A DNA stretch of 63,316 nt from Antechinus flavipes. Taxonomy: Eukaryota. Position numbers and translations under genes: made by a program. The notes beneath the pieces were generated by a model, which did not search any database, was not told where the DNA came from, and worked only from the letters and a program-made list of their open reading frames with translations. The stretch spans positions 681,318,685-681,382,000 of the forward strand of contig NC_067398.1 of the NCBI RefSeq assembly GCF_016432865.1. Direction: 5' to 3'. Each line of letters begins with the position of its first letter. Position 1 is the stretch's first letter. This document shows, one piece after another, positions 32,721 through 45,800 of this stretch.

Positions 32721-34352
32721 AGCGAGTGGTACACATACAGCAACGCCGTGTTTGGTGACATGGGGATGTGAGCGAGCGTCCGACCCGAGTGAGGCTGGTG
32801 GGCCGTGGGTCTGCGAGCCCTGGGGAGAGGGGAAGGGGAGGCTCCCAGTGGCTGCCTCCCCTGTCACCCGCCCAAGTCGTTCCCGGAACCTCAGGCCGGG
32901 CCCCCATTCTCTCTGTCCCGGGAGACACGGGCCTTGTCTTCTGTCCTCTGGAAGAAGCCCTGGCAAGGCCAGAACCCCAGTGAGTTCGTCTTTTGGACTT
33001 GGCCATGAAATGAGGGCTGAGGCGCGCCCCCTTTCCCGACCCAGCCTCTGGGTTAAAGGCCTAGGAGTCAGGTGGGCAAGGCTGGCACTGGGCAAAGGGG
33101 GTTTACCTTTCCTCCCCTGGAGCTCCCCGTGTGACGGAAGCACAAAGCCAGTCAGGTGATGGCCGCTGAGGGGAAAGCCCACCCCTCCGATGGCTGCCCA
33201 CTGACTGTGAGGAGGGGAGGCTCCCGGCAGCCCGGCAGCCCCAGGTGCTCCCTCCTCACAGACCTGGAGGCAGTCCAGAGTCAGGGGCCCTGATTTCAGG
33301 CTGTTTCTCCTCAGTTTTCACAACTTACCGAGTGAGGCAACATCAGTTTGTGACACTTTTTGTCTGCCTCAATCATATCTATTTGCTTGTTTTCTCCCTG
33401 ATGATTCTGTAAGCTCTCTGAGGGGAGGGGTTACTCTTTCCTGCTGTATCCCCAGTGCTCAGCACAGTGTCTAGCACCCAGCAGGCACTTAATAAATGCA
33501 GGTTGCAAACCTTAAGGAGCTAAATAAATGCTATTGTCAGCATCTGTAAAACTACACGATTGAGTTGGATGGTTTCTAACATCTTTTCCACCTTTTGATC
33601 TAACGAACTTTAGGGAGTAGAAAAGTAACCGGGCCAAAGAGAGAGGGCGAGTGACCACCTTCTCGCCTGGGGAGCCTGTTGGAGGGAGCCAGAGAGGTTT
33701 GCCCGGTTTCCCTGGTTCTGGGACAGCTCAGGCTCCAGAGCTAACTTTCCTAAGGAGTTCCTGCCGTCTGCACCAAGAGCGGGGAAGCGAGGGCCAGAGC
33801 CGCTTCCCTCTGAGCCATCTGCGTCCTGCTCCCCACCTCCGGGGCCCCTGGGAATGCCCCGGGGCAGGGAATCACTGGACGCTGGCGAGCCCAAGTGGGC
33901 CTCTCCCTGGCCGCCCGGGCACCTGGCCCTCCCGCTCACTCCCGGGGCTGACAACTTTCCCTAGAAGGGCCGTCCCCCTCCCCTGGAGCAGGGAGCTCCT
34001 CCGAGGCCAGCCGGACGCAGCGTCCACCATCTGGTCCCCATTACGGGTCCGTCTGGGAGAGCAGGATCGGCCTGGCCCGGAGCTCGGCATTGTTCTGATT
34101 TTTAGAAGTCGTTTCAAAGAGTGAGTGTCAGATCTCCAACCCAATATCCTTTTTCTCATTAGCGCTCCTCCCGTGTAGCCCTTCCAGGACGGTAATAATT
34201 AATGAGTCTGTGTCAGGAAATGAATAAAAGATGGCTTAGATGCTCCCCCGTACAGGGCTGACCTTTCGCAGAGTCGACTGTATTAATACATCCTTGGGTT
34301 GTCAGCCTCAGAGAGCTAACTGCCTTATGAATTATTTATCAACACAAAAAGT

Positions 34353-34388
<36 letters not shown>

Positions 34389-37300
34389 CTCTGTGTCACA
34401 GCAAACCCTGCCTGCACTGCATAATTGAATTTTGGTTTGAGACTAGCAATCGCAGCCCCAGCCACCCAGCGGCGGCGGGCAGCGCGGCGGCGCTTGGGGA
34501 TGGCGCCTCCCCCACCTGCCTTCTCCACATCGGGATCGATGGCCGGGCCTGGGACCGCCAATGGTGGCCCACGCGCTCCCCCTCTGGTGCTGGGGGCCCT
34601 CCTTCTCTGGGACCCCTGTCCCACACTGCGCATCGATCCTTAACCCTTCCAGTGGGGGTCGGTGCCTCTTTTCCAGGGGCGAATGAATGTCCCTCCATGT
34701 TGGGCCTTTTCTCCCCTGCACATCTCAAGGCTCTGCTGAATGGGGCCGACTTGTGCCAGGGGTCCGGCCGCTGCTCCGGGATGCAGGGTTATTGTGCGGG
34801 GCGCTGCTGACCACCGGCCACAGAAATTCTCTCCCGTCCCCCCGCCCCATGCCAGAAGCCCCTGCAGGACTCCCCTGCATCCCCTCTGCCCTCCTGGAGG
34901 CTGCAGGGGTGGGGCAGCAGAGGGGAAAGGATTAAAACAGCTCCTGGAGTTCATTTTCCCCCTGAAGATTCAGTGAACTTTTCCTCTCCCATCCCTGCCC
35001 ACGACTTCCCGCTGGCTGAGAGAATACGGGCGTCCGTCCTGGCTCTGAGTGTGCTCCTCTGGGCCTGGGCTGAGCTGGTACAAGATGGTCTGTGCGGCTT
35101 TCTGGGAAATGCAAGCGTGGATGTGCGCCGGCACAGACTGTTCTGGTTACGGCTGGGCTGAGGGTCTCCTCCCTCCACGTGAGTCCAATTACCAGTCTTT
35201 GTTTCCTTAACAAAAGGGGCTGTGTTCAGACTCATCTGGCTTTAATCATCTCTCCAGGAGCCTCCCACAGCCACCTGGGTACACCTTTATGACAGGCGTA
35301 TCTGCTGGGGCTGGGGGAAGGGGAGGAGAAGGAGCCCAGTCCCCAAGGCCAGTGGGAAGGGAGGCGGGTCTGGGAAGGGCCCAAGAGCCAAAGGCCGAAA
35401 CTGGAGGAGGACCGGCCAGTCCGGACCCTGACTGGATAACGGGGCCAGTTTTAATACAGTCCCTATAGCTGTCCGGTCTCCATAATGACTAAGGTCTGAC
35501 TACTTCCCACCCTGGCCACTCTCTATACTGGCCAATATTGCCGGTCCATGCCCGGATTTAACACGGTTTCGGGGCAATTCTCCTATTTGCCAGCATGAAT
35601 TTACATTTCTAACCAATCCCTACGCTGTGATCTCCACACCCTGGTGTCTCTCAGCCTCAGGCCTAAAACTGGCCACCATTCCCCCCAGTGTCCACGGAGA
35701 CCGCCGGCCTGGCTAATCTCCAAGCTACCCGAGAACTCCAGCTAATGCCCACGCCCAAGTCCTCACAATCCCCGCTTTGGCCGACGTCACTAGGAAGCTG
35801 GGTGTATGACAAGAGGGCAAACCTGGGGCCGTTCTAGTGGAAGCTCTGACTCGTGCAGAGCCTGGCCCCGGGCTCATCGGCAGAGGTTTCCCCAACGATC
35901 CCAAAATCCAGCGACCACCATGTCTGTCGTGGGCATGGGGACCCGCTTCCCAGACCTGGATGCAACCTCGGACAAAAAGCCAGTTTCTAGCCTGGGCCCG
36001 GGGGGCCTAAGAGCAGACGTTCTCGAGGATCCAGTTTGCATTTCGGATCGCGTTGCTATATTTCACCACAAGGCCAGGTTTTCACATCGATTAGCACCCA
36101 CAAGGACTCGATTTTCACAAGTGGTTCTCACAGGGGTCTATGGAAGGCTTCGGGGCTGGCTGAGCCTCCTCTGGACCACAAGCGTTACCTTTCAGAATAG
36201 AGTGAAAACGTTTTCACCCACAGACACAAACGGGCTAAGAAAGACACAACCACCTAAGTGTGGAAATGTGGACGAAGAATTGCACCTGTGTAGCCTCTGC
36301 TGGATTACTTGCTGTCTAGGGGAGGGGAGTTAGGGAAGGGAGGGAGACAGGTTTGGAACACAAGGCTTTGCGAGGGTGAAGGCTGAAAACCATCTTTGCC
36401 TGTACTTGGAAAATAAAAGTTCCTGTTACATGCGTGTATGCACAACACCCTACACCCAGAAGTGCACAGGGCAGACGCAGATATGCTGAGAAAGTCACAT
36501 CCGCTGTGCAGAAAGGCACACGCACATACAACCATACATGTGCACGTGCAATACAGCCAATCTACGTATGGGTACAACGCGGGCGAGCCAAGAACAGGTG
36601 CAGGCCAGTATGGACACAATAGTGCCAGCAAAGAAAACCAGGATGGCCCATTTTACAGATGAGGCAAACAGGTGATGTCATGTGCCCATAGACTCATAGG
36701 AACTATCAGAACCAGGATTTAAACTTCAGGTTTTTGCAGGTTCCGACTCCACGAATCATGTCACTGTGCAGTAGCTGTTTTATGTGAAATCTGCTCCATT
36801 CCCACATGGAGAGTTTCCTACAGGCAAGAAGCAAATGTTTCTTCCTCAGTTTCCCCAATACTGGAAGCTCCCTGAGGGCAGGGCCCGACTCTGTTCCTTT
36901 TTCTCCTGAAGTCTTTGGGTTCCCTGGTCAGCACTTCCTCTGTCTTCCCCAGACGGAGAGAGGAAGGAGGGCCCACGGTGTGAGCATGGCTTGTGTGGTG
37001 AACATTTCTGAGAACTCAGAGACTACCAGATGACAAGATGTCAACCTCATCAGGAAGGAGAAGAGTATCTGGGTTCTTTGTCTCTCTGTCTCTCTCTTCT
37101 CTGTCTCTGTCTCTTGTTCTTGCTGGTTTTCATTAGGATGGAACTTGGCTTTTTGTTAGTTAAAGAAAATTCTTTTCCAGACAGTTCCCACAATTCCATT
37201 GTTAGAAGAAGCTTTAGATGAGGAAGCCCCTGTTCCACTTCTGCTCCATGGTGGAGAGCTCACCTGTCCTGGGGGATCCGTCCCCACATGTGCTGGAGGC

Positions 37301-37959
37301 AGGCCTGGGCCCGGTCTTCCCCATCTCTGGCCCTCCTCTATCCAATACCCAGGGTGCTTTTCTCCCTTGGTCATCAGTGCGGAAGCTCACTGGCTCCGAG
37401 GGCCAGCTCCACTCCCTCGGCAGGACACCACGAGGACCCCTGATCTACAAGCCAGATGCCGGCTCGCCCTGCCCACCTGGACGCAGGTCTGGGTGTTGGG
37501 GCCCCACCCTCTAGCTCCGGTGCAGCAGACCAACCTGTACCTCGCCCTAGCCCGGCATCTGCCCCCAAAACCAGGCTGGACGCGCTCTGGTCAGGATGGA
37601 GAGCTCCTCTCCCTTCCCCGTGGGCGCCAGCCAAGTTCTCATAGCTCACAATGGCAGTGTAGGAGAAGAGTCTGGTAGCTTGTTTACAAGCTAAATGAAA
37701 AGTTGTGTAAAATACCTGGAGCCACAATCCATCTCCCGGAGGCACAGCAGGGGAAACGTCCGTGCTTCCAGCATCCTGAACCGCTCACTGCTCAAAAGGA
37801 TGCTCTGTCAATCTGGGGGACAGTGGAGAGGCCAATTTTTAGGAGGTTTATGTAGTAGGTAAAGAAAGGGTATACTATGCAGGACAAATGGTTTCTTTAA
37901 TGCCTGATGAACCTTCTAATTTTTTCAAGAATTATTCTGGTAAGCACAGAGAAGTTTTT

Positions 37960-38220
37960 TGTTTGTTTGTTTCTTTCCATTTAAATTGGTTTTCAATTAA
38001 AAAATAAAAAAGTTGACTGAAATGATCCTTCCCCAATGGGAAAAAATATGTAACAAATATGTCCTGTCAAGTAAAGCAAATTCCTGTTGGTCATATTAAA
38101 AATAAATTCTATAAAGATAGAAGAAATAGGCATAGGGGTCAAGAGGCAGTAATGACTTTGGGGTTATCTTATGGGAAAATCTGTTCCATTATCTTTTATG
38201 TTCTTTTAAAGCATCTTTAA
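37960..38220 (-). mobile_element. Old L1 3'UTR fragment
   Basis: aacaaatatgtcctgtcaagtaaagcaaattcc..tggtcat resembles a reversed marsupial L1 3' end. Confidence 0.5.
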
Positions 38221-39404
38221 AATTAATTCTTAAATGTCTTTCAAGCTTCAGCCTGGCTTTTCTCTCTCTTCAGTCAGGTCCAGCTTCATGTCACTACTGA
38301 TCCAATGGCAGATCTGTTCCAATTCACATCTGTTTGTTGGGCCCCACCCAGCTTCACTGACAAATGCTCCTGGGATGATCCGGCTCGGTTGGGTCACACG
38401 CCAAGCTTTTTGCAGACTCCCTGTTCACCATTTTCCATCCTTCTCTGAAATGACATTATTCTATTCTTTGTAATCTTTTATAAATGATACTTATATTCTA
38501 AACTAGGCTTGGCTGTCACATTTCTCCACTGCACAAACACTGGGCTTCTGCTTACTTAGGCAACGGTTTTAGAGAAGACAAACTACTTTCGGAAATGGTA
38601 ACCATCAGTCGGCATTGCTGCTTTGATCCATTTTTCACTTTTCAGCAACACCAGCTTCGCTAAATGAGAAGAGAAGAGGAACGTCACAAACATCACCTCC
38701 ATCTTTCTCCCTTTTGACGGAACAGATACTGTTAATTCAGAAGCGATTCCCATATTTTTGGGTGCCGTGATTTACCAATTCAGTGCCTCCCATTTCTCAT
38801 GTTGAAGAAAGTATTCAATAACTATAGCAGAGAAGGTTCTCAATTTAATTCAATTCGGCCAAGATCTATCAAGTCTCACTATATGAAAGGTGCAGTATAG
38901 ACGAGAAGCCAAAGACAACATTGAGAGAGTTCCTACCCTTTAGCTTTTTGTGCAGTGAGTGTGTGTGTGTAAGAGGGGAAGCACCTTGAATTTTTACAGG
39001 ATAAGTCTCTGGCCCCTTCATTTCTGAACCACAAACCGTAGTTTCCAGTTGTTTAAATGTTGGCCATTCTTCCTGATGCTTAGCTTCATGTTTCAGTCAC
39101 TCAGGGTGAGAAGTCCTCTACCTCTCCGTGCTTAATAGACATCAAACACTTAAGAGCAACAGAATCTGAAACTCTCTTTGTGCTGTCTCCTTAAACTTCT
39201 TAGGAATACTGCAAGGCACATTGATCACATGTCCCATGAAATGATCTTTCTCTTGTAAATCCTGGGCACCCAAAGCAATAAAAAGGAGAAACAACTCCTT
39301 TATTCACTCCTGGTGGCACAGCCAATAGAGCGCTGGCTGGGGAGTTGGGAGGAACAGAGTTCAAATCTGGCCTCAGAAATTTATTAGCTGTGTGATCCTG
39401 GACC

Positions 39405-39830
39405 TATATCCCAAAGACACCAAAGGAGGGAAAGGGACCCACATGTGCAAGAATGTTTGTGGCAGCCCCTTTTGTAGTGGCCAGAAACTGGAAACCGAGA
39501 GGATGCCCATCAGGTGGAGAATGGCTGACTAGGGTATATGAATGTTATAGAATATAAGAAACAGATGATTTCAGAAAAGCCTGGAGAGACTGACGTGAAC
39601 TGATGCTGAGCGAAGTGAGCAGAATCAGGAGAACATTGTACACGGTAACAATAAGATTACATGATGATCAATTCTGATGGACGTGGCTCTTTCCAACAGT
39701 GAGATGACTGAGGCTAATTCCAATTATCTTGTGATAAAGAGAGTGGGAACTGAGCATGGATCACAACATAATATTTTCACTCTTTTTGTTGTTGTTTGCT
39801 TGCATTTTTTCTCATCTTTTTTCCTGTTTG
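39405..39830 (+). mobile_element. L1 ORF2 end and 3'UTR
   Basis: atgtttgtggcagccc..tttgtagtggccagaaactggaaa..ggatgcccatca..tgaactgatgctgag. Confidence 0.85.
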
Positions 39831-39869
39831 AGCACATGTGCGCTCCCAATGAGGCATCAGGGAGAGGAC

Positions 39870-40018
39870 TTTTTTTCCCCTAATGCAATTGGGATTCAGT
39901 GACTTGCCCAGGGTCACACAGCCAGGACGTGTTAAGTGTCTGAGGCTGGATTTGAGAACTCAGGTCCTCCTGACTTCAGGGCTGGGACTCTATCCACTGA
40001 GTCACCTAGCTGCCCCGA
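39870..40018 (-). mobile_element. WSINE1-type CORE-SINE
   Basis: gtgacttgcccagggtcacacagc..tctgaggctggatttga..cctagctgcccc. Confidence 0.85.
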
Positions 40019-41589
40019 GGAGGACTTTTATGATCAAAATACCTTGAACTAAAAATGACTGGGGCTCTCTCTCTTCCCTTCTCCCTTCCCAAGGCAGAGA
40101 AGTTTGTTATTTCTGAGTTATTGTAATGATCACTTCATTTCTGAAAAGGTCCTGGAATCATCCACATGAGAACTTTTCTTCTTCTCGTCAATAAGGAGGC
40201 GCTGTTTGCTGCGGTGCAAGTGATGGGATGTGGGAAGCTTGGGTACCAGACGGGATGAGGAAAGAGGAAAGCTGGGTCACATGTACCACCGATTTGGGGA
40301 GCGATTATTTCAAGGGTTCAGAGAAAGGCTCTATACGGCTCCAAGGACTGAGACAAAAAGCCTCCTAGAAAGCAGAGAGCTACCTGGAGACACTAAAACA
40401 ATCATTAGCCAAAGGAAACAGGCTCATGTGCTCAGAACTACAGGGGTTCAGGGGCTGTCGCTTCCGATCCCGCAGCTACCACGTGTCAGACGGTTTGCAC
40501 CCTTTCTTTGAGCCGGAGCAAAAGTTCTTTCTGCAAACAACACGCTGCGCATAAACAGGAAGCTCATTAACCAACTTAGACTGGAGACAAAGGTAGAGAA
40601 GTCATATCATGGACTGAGCCACGCGCTCTAAGGTCTGAGGCAGGGTGGGATGCAGGCAAGGTCACTCACGTAGAGGTTCTCGTTAAATCCTGAAGTTCGA
40701 GGGAGAAACTGCTTTTTAATCCTCCATTAGATTGAAGGCTCAGCCAGAGGGGAAGATTTCAGGGGGTCTGGGGCTAGGATGGAAAGAAAAGCCCTTAGCT
40801 TTTCTAAGTAAAACTGAGCATTTCCTTCCACGAGGCGACAGGGCCGGCTTCTGAGAAGAGACGTCCCCCAGAGCCTCCGGCTCACGGTCGGACAGGCCGC
40901 GGCCCCGTGCGTTGGGGGGGCTCCTGCCCACGGCTCTGTGCACCCTGTTTCTCTGAGTGTTTATGGGCAGTATCTCTGCGGTACAAAGGCAGCGGGTGTG
41001 TCTGCCAGTGATCGGGGATGGGCGTGAGCCCGAGAAGGACCCAGGAAAGGAGGCAGAGAAGGAGGGAGGAGGAGAGAGCCCCAGAGAGACCTGCGGAGGT
41101 CAAAGACAAGGGGGCCCAGGGAGAGGCCAGAAGACCGGACAAGGGGGTCCCAGCCCCCACAGCAGGCCGTCTCTCTGCGATCACACGCGGGGGTCTCAAC
41201 CTGGGGCCTAACCTCCCCCTGTCCTCCTGTGTGATCCTCTTCACTGCGTATGTTCTAAACGTCCTTCTGCCAGAGGGACACAAAGAGGGACGCTCCCACA
41301 CTGGACACACTCACGGGGGAGGAGCCTCTCTCTCTCTCTCTCTCTCTGGGGTTCTCTAGGCCCAGGAGGACACAGCCAAGCCCTCCTGCCACAGCCACGC
41401 TGGGCACACACGACATACCCACATGCCCGGGCCCTGCTCACTCCATGCCAGGGCAGGGGCTCAAGGGCAAGGCCGGCGTTCTCTCGGCCCCCACCTGGGT
41501 CCCCCAGCCCCAGGGCCGCCGCCCCCCGTGACCAACGTCTCGGCCTGCTCCGCTGATGCCACGGGTCCGACGCCCCCTCTCGCCGGCGC

Positions 41590-41960
41590 CGTGATCAATC
41601 CGGGGATGACAATGTAAAAGTCAGAGCCTGAGCCCGGGCTCCCCTGCCCGAGGAGAACGCTCTGACTTATTTTTATCTCTTCTCCAGAAATTACTGCAGC
41701 AACGGGGATGGCGGCGCAGCTCAGGGAGCAGAGTAATGGACGCCGTAAACCTGCCTCGTAAAAGCGGCCTCCGAGTACGGGCGGGCGGGTCAGGCGAGCA
41801 GGGAACATTTCATTAAAAACGCCCCTTCCTGCCAGCCCAGGAGAGGCGTAAAACTAATCATATAAAATGGCTGAGCGATGCCATTAACGAGCATTAATAT
41901 TTTAAAGCTTTAATAGTACAACAGAGCTGGGCTGTTATATTAGAATTATACAACCTTATT
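41590..41960. promoter_or_regulatory. Candidate conserved non-coding element
   Basis: CATTAA three times, CTAATCA and TTAATAG within a GC-rich flank. Confidence 0.45.
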
Positions 41961-42819
41961 AGACGGCACACTTGGCTGTCCTGAGCCCGGCCTGTCACTG
42001 GCCGGCTCCGGGAAAACAATCATGTCCAAGTCCCCTGAACCTTCCCCTGGAGGTCGGGGGGAGGGGGCCCTTCGATGACAATCACACCCCTGACAACAAG
42101 GTGGGGGCCTCCTGAGCCCCCCTACCCCCCTTCTCAACTGTCCTTTAAAAACTTCTGGAGGTCGAGGACTCGCAGTCTGGAAAATCAGACTATGTGGACT
42201 TCCCCTTCTCTGAGAGCCTGGGAACATGCAGACCTTCTGCTTCCCTTCCTGGAGACCCGAGGCGTCGGGGCCTTTGCAACCACAGGGACGCCTGGGTCTT
42301 CCCTCCACACAGGAGCCGGAGCTTCCGCATCCTTCCCTGCAAGCGGGAGGCTCGACCTTTGGGAGTCCTTTCTAAGGAACACGGAGGGCCTTTGGGGGCC
42401 TTCCTGGAAACACAAGGGGGTCCTGCCTGTCAAAGCCTCCGGAAGCAGTTAGATGGCTCTAAAAAGTCCCCACTGGAAGTGAAACAAGTAACCCTGAGCA
42501 TAACGGCCGGCGATGCAAATTAAAGAGGGGTGGGGGTGGAGTGGGGGGAGGGGTCAGTGCACGCACACGCACATACATACATAAAATGCATGTACATATA
42601 GTGGGTATTGTGGGTACATGCACATGGATGTGCATATGCATGTACCCACAATACATGTATGTGCATACTCTATATTTATGTGTATGTATGTACACACACG
42701 CATGACTTTAAGACTCTCAGAGAAACCTCTGCTGCCAAACAGATCAGGACCCTGGTCCGCCCCAGCTGGGGTCCTATGCTCACTTTTGGGTGCACCTTCC
42801 AGGAAGAGGAAGATATTGA

Positions 42820-43030
42820 GCATTTATTAAGCACCTATTATATGCCAGGCTCCGTGCTGAGTATGCTACAAATACGTCTCATTTGACCCTCACAACCACA
42901 TGGGAGGGAGGTGCCCTCATTATTCCCCATTTTACAGTTCAGGAAACTGAGGCAGAGGGTAGTCATATAACCAGGAAGTCCCTGAGACTCAGTGCCCCCA
43001 GACCACCGGCTTGCCTCCGAGGACCAATGT
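42820..43030 (-). mobile_element. L2 tail followed by MIR
   Basis: gcatttattaagcacctattatatgccaggc, then attattccccattttacag..gaaactgaggc. Confidence 0.65.
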
Positions 43031-43309
43031 ACTAGAGATACACAGGAAAACAAACATGTTTCATAAGGTGATAGATTTTGAGCCGGACGGGATGCCCCAT
43101 TTTACAGATGAGGAAACCTGAGGCCTAGATAAAGCGATCAGACAGAAGGAGAGTCTGCACTTGATGGTGAGTCATATGAGAATCAGCATAATTAAAAGAA
43201 GAAAAGATGTTTAGACTGGAGAAGAAAAAAAAAGCTGGGAGAGGGGGGCATCTGAGTGGTCTTCAAGTATCAAGTCATGGAGAATAATGAGCCCTTTGCC
43301 AATGTCATT

Positions 43310-43460
43310 TTATTGGATCCCCTCCAAATCCTGAGAGACAGGTGCTATTGTGGTACCCATTTTCCAGATGAGGAAACTGAGACTGCGTTGCGTTTCTTGC
43401 CCAGGACCACACAGAAGCTTCTGAGGCAGGAACCACTTTGTCATTTCAAGCCTAGAGGCT
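43310..43460 (-). mobile_element. MIR fragment
   Basis: cccattttccagatgaggaaactgagact..ttgcccaggaccacacag. Confidence 0.65.
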
Positions 43461-44544
43461 GAGTCAAAGGACCTTGGTTTCAGCCTCAAGTCACGGCATC
43501 TCCCTAGTCTCAGTTTTCTCACCTAGAAATAGCAGACGCTCTTAACCTCTTTCATGTCACGGACCTCTTCCGCAGTCTCCTTCTCAGAATTCTATCTGTG
43601 TTTCAAAAATTCACAGAAGAAATGACACATTTAAGTCACAGGTTGGTGAAAACGAGGATGCAATTTGTTTCCTTTCAAGTTCTTGGACCCCCTAGATCTC
43701 TCCATGGCCCCTTATTCAGGGCTTGTCACCCCCAGATTCACAACCACTTCCTCTGTTTTCTTGGCCATAAGTAGGAAAATCTGGGGAAAAGTAACAGGGC
43801 AGACGGTGGTCTGAGCCCTCTAGGAGCTAAACAAAGTATCATAGGAGGCCTTGGGAGATTGGGCCACCTTCCCCCCCCCCCCCCACCTCTATAGCTGTTG
43901 GCTAAGCTGTGGAAGGCTCCTGGTGTCCTTCCCAGTGTGGGACGAATCTCTGGGTCAGTCCGGCCCGGAGACAAAAGAGACATGGATGTCACTTCCTGGG
44001 GGGGTGGGGCTGGTAGGGCCGGGCAGGGTCCAGTGCCTGCCCAGTGTGTCCGGACTGCCTCGGGCCACAGTTTCCCCCAAAGAAGGCCTTAGAACAAGCC
44101 CCTCGTTTAAGTGTGGGTTCCTGTGGGGGGGATGTTCGGGAGGCCTGGACCTCCCTGACCGGGCCAGTGAGACCTTCTGTGGGGAGGGGAATCTGGTTGA
44201 GCAGAATTTGGTTTTTTAATCTCACTTGGGGAGATTATCACCTCCTGGGAACTCAGCTGTCAAACGAGGGGGATGGGGTCGATGGCCTTGGGGGAGGCTC
44301 AAAGCTGGTCCAGGGGCAGCTGTTTTGAGAGGGGACAGGCCGGATTTGGAGTCGGGGACAGGGGGTTCACATTTCGACTCCTGGATCTCCTCAATTTCAC
44401 CTGACACGTCCCCTCCCCTCCTCTGGATCTCATTTTTATCCCTGACTGAACTCCCTTGAGTTCTGGGAAAGGAAGAAGGGGCAAGGAGGAGAAAGGGGAC
44501 AGAGGGGGCTCTGCTTGTCCCCCCAGGCTCGGCGCTTGGCCCAC

Positions 44545-45045
44545 TTGGATTTCAAGTCAGAGGAATTGGCTTTGAATGCTGGCTCTGTTACTTTCTACCT
44601 GTAAGTCTGGGCCAGTCACTTCCCTTCGCTCTAAGTAAAAGGGTCTTAGTTTCTTCGAGCGGAAAATGAGGGATTAGCCGAGATGAATTCCACGGTCCCC
44701 ACGGCTCTAAATCACATGGTCTAATGGAAGGCTTAGCTCGAGGGACTCTTCTGTGACCGATTTCCTGGCTGTGAAAGCACGGCCCCCCGGTCAGCTGACG
44801 GAGCCTCTCCACACATGTGTATGCACATGGATGTGGCACGTCTGTTTACATTTACACGTGTGTACATGCTGGCCTACTGTGTGCCAGCCCTGTGCTAAGC
44901 ACTATACTAATACCTCATTTGATTCTCAAAACCACTGTGCCCATTTTACAGATGAGAAACTGAGGCAAACAGTGTGAAGGGATATACCTTAAGGATCATA
45001 CAACTACCCAGTATCTGAGGCCAGATTCGGGCTCAGGTTCCCCGG
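44545..45045. mobile_element. Two MIR-type SINEs in opposite orientations (about 44545-44725 plus, 44885-45045 minus)
   Basis: ctgggccagtcacttccc..aaaatgagggatta; cccattttacagatgagaaactgaggcaaac. Confidence 0.6.
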
Positions 45046-45691
45046 CCACTGCCCATGAGGAGCTGGTTCTGAGCCGCCCGTGCTGCAACTGCTGCCGAGT
45101 GCCTGTTATTTATTTGCATTATTCTGTACACGGCACGTGTGCCCATATTCGCCCTGATGGTAACAAATGCTCGCTGCCCAAGTCCTATATTCCCACAAGG
45201 GACCACCGGGGACAGCAGCCTGTGCGTGGGGTTCCCAGGCTTTTCCATGCGTTAACTCGGCTGACCCTTCCTGTAGGATCCCCGGCTGCTCCCTCCTGGC
45301 ATCCTGAGGCTTGTGGCGCCTTGTTTTGGGCCAGGGGCATGTGGATGAGCTGCAGAAAACCCTGAGGGGGTGACGGGGGTGGGCAAAGGTGGCCACGACA
45401 GCTCGAGGCCCCGAAGATGGACTCCTCGGAGCTCTCCAAGTACCTGGACGGCCCTCGCAGGGAGGGGGCGCCTGCTCTTCCGCCGGCCAGAGAGCCTGAC
45501 CAAGGCTGCACTTAGGGTGAATGGGCCCGAATCAGGGAAGGAGCACTGCGCGGCTTTCTGAGCCAAGCTTACGTGGCCACCAGTGGGCGAGTGCCTGGGG
45601 TTTGGCCCCTACGGGACCCTGAGTCCTGGACAGGTACAGGGAGAAAGACTGGCGCAAAGGCCGCCTCCATCCCAAATGTGAAGGTGACGGG

Positions 45692-45800
45692 ACTGCGGAG
45701 GGGTCGGCTGCCCGGCGGGGGCCACGGAGGGGATGGCTGCCGGGCGGGGGGCCGCGGAGGGGACGGCTGCCCATGGGGAGCCGCGGAGGGGACGGCTGCT
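45692..45800. repeat. GC-rich 29-30-bp tandem repeat, 4 copies
   Basis: CGGAGGGG..GGCTGC recurs at about 45695, 45724, 45754 and 45783. Confidence 0.85.

Noticed and set aside
36283-36320. Possible FBRSL1 exon 4 (minus strand SRGYT)
   Set aside because: There is an in-frame stop just upstream, the donor is in the wrong phase, and there is no acceptor at 36 nt.
44821-44835. 15-mer ATGCACATGGATGTG shared with 42618-42632
   Set aside because: Both copies lie in low-complexity RY tracts, where such matches are common.
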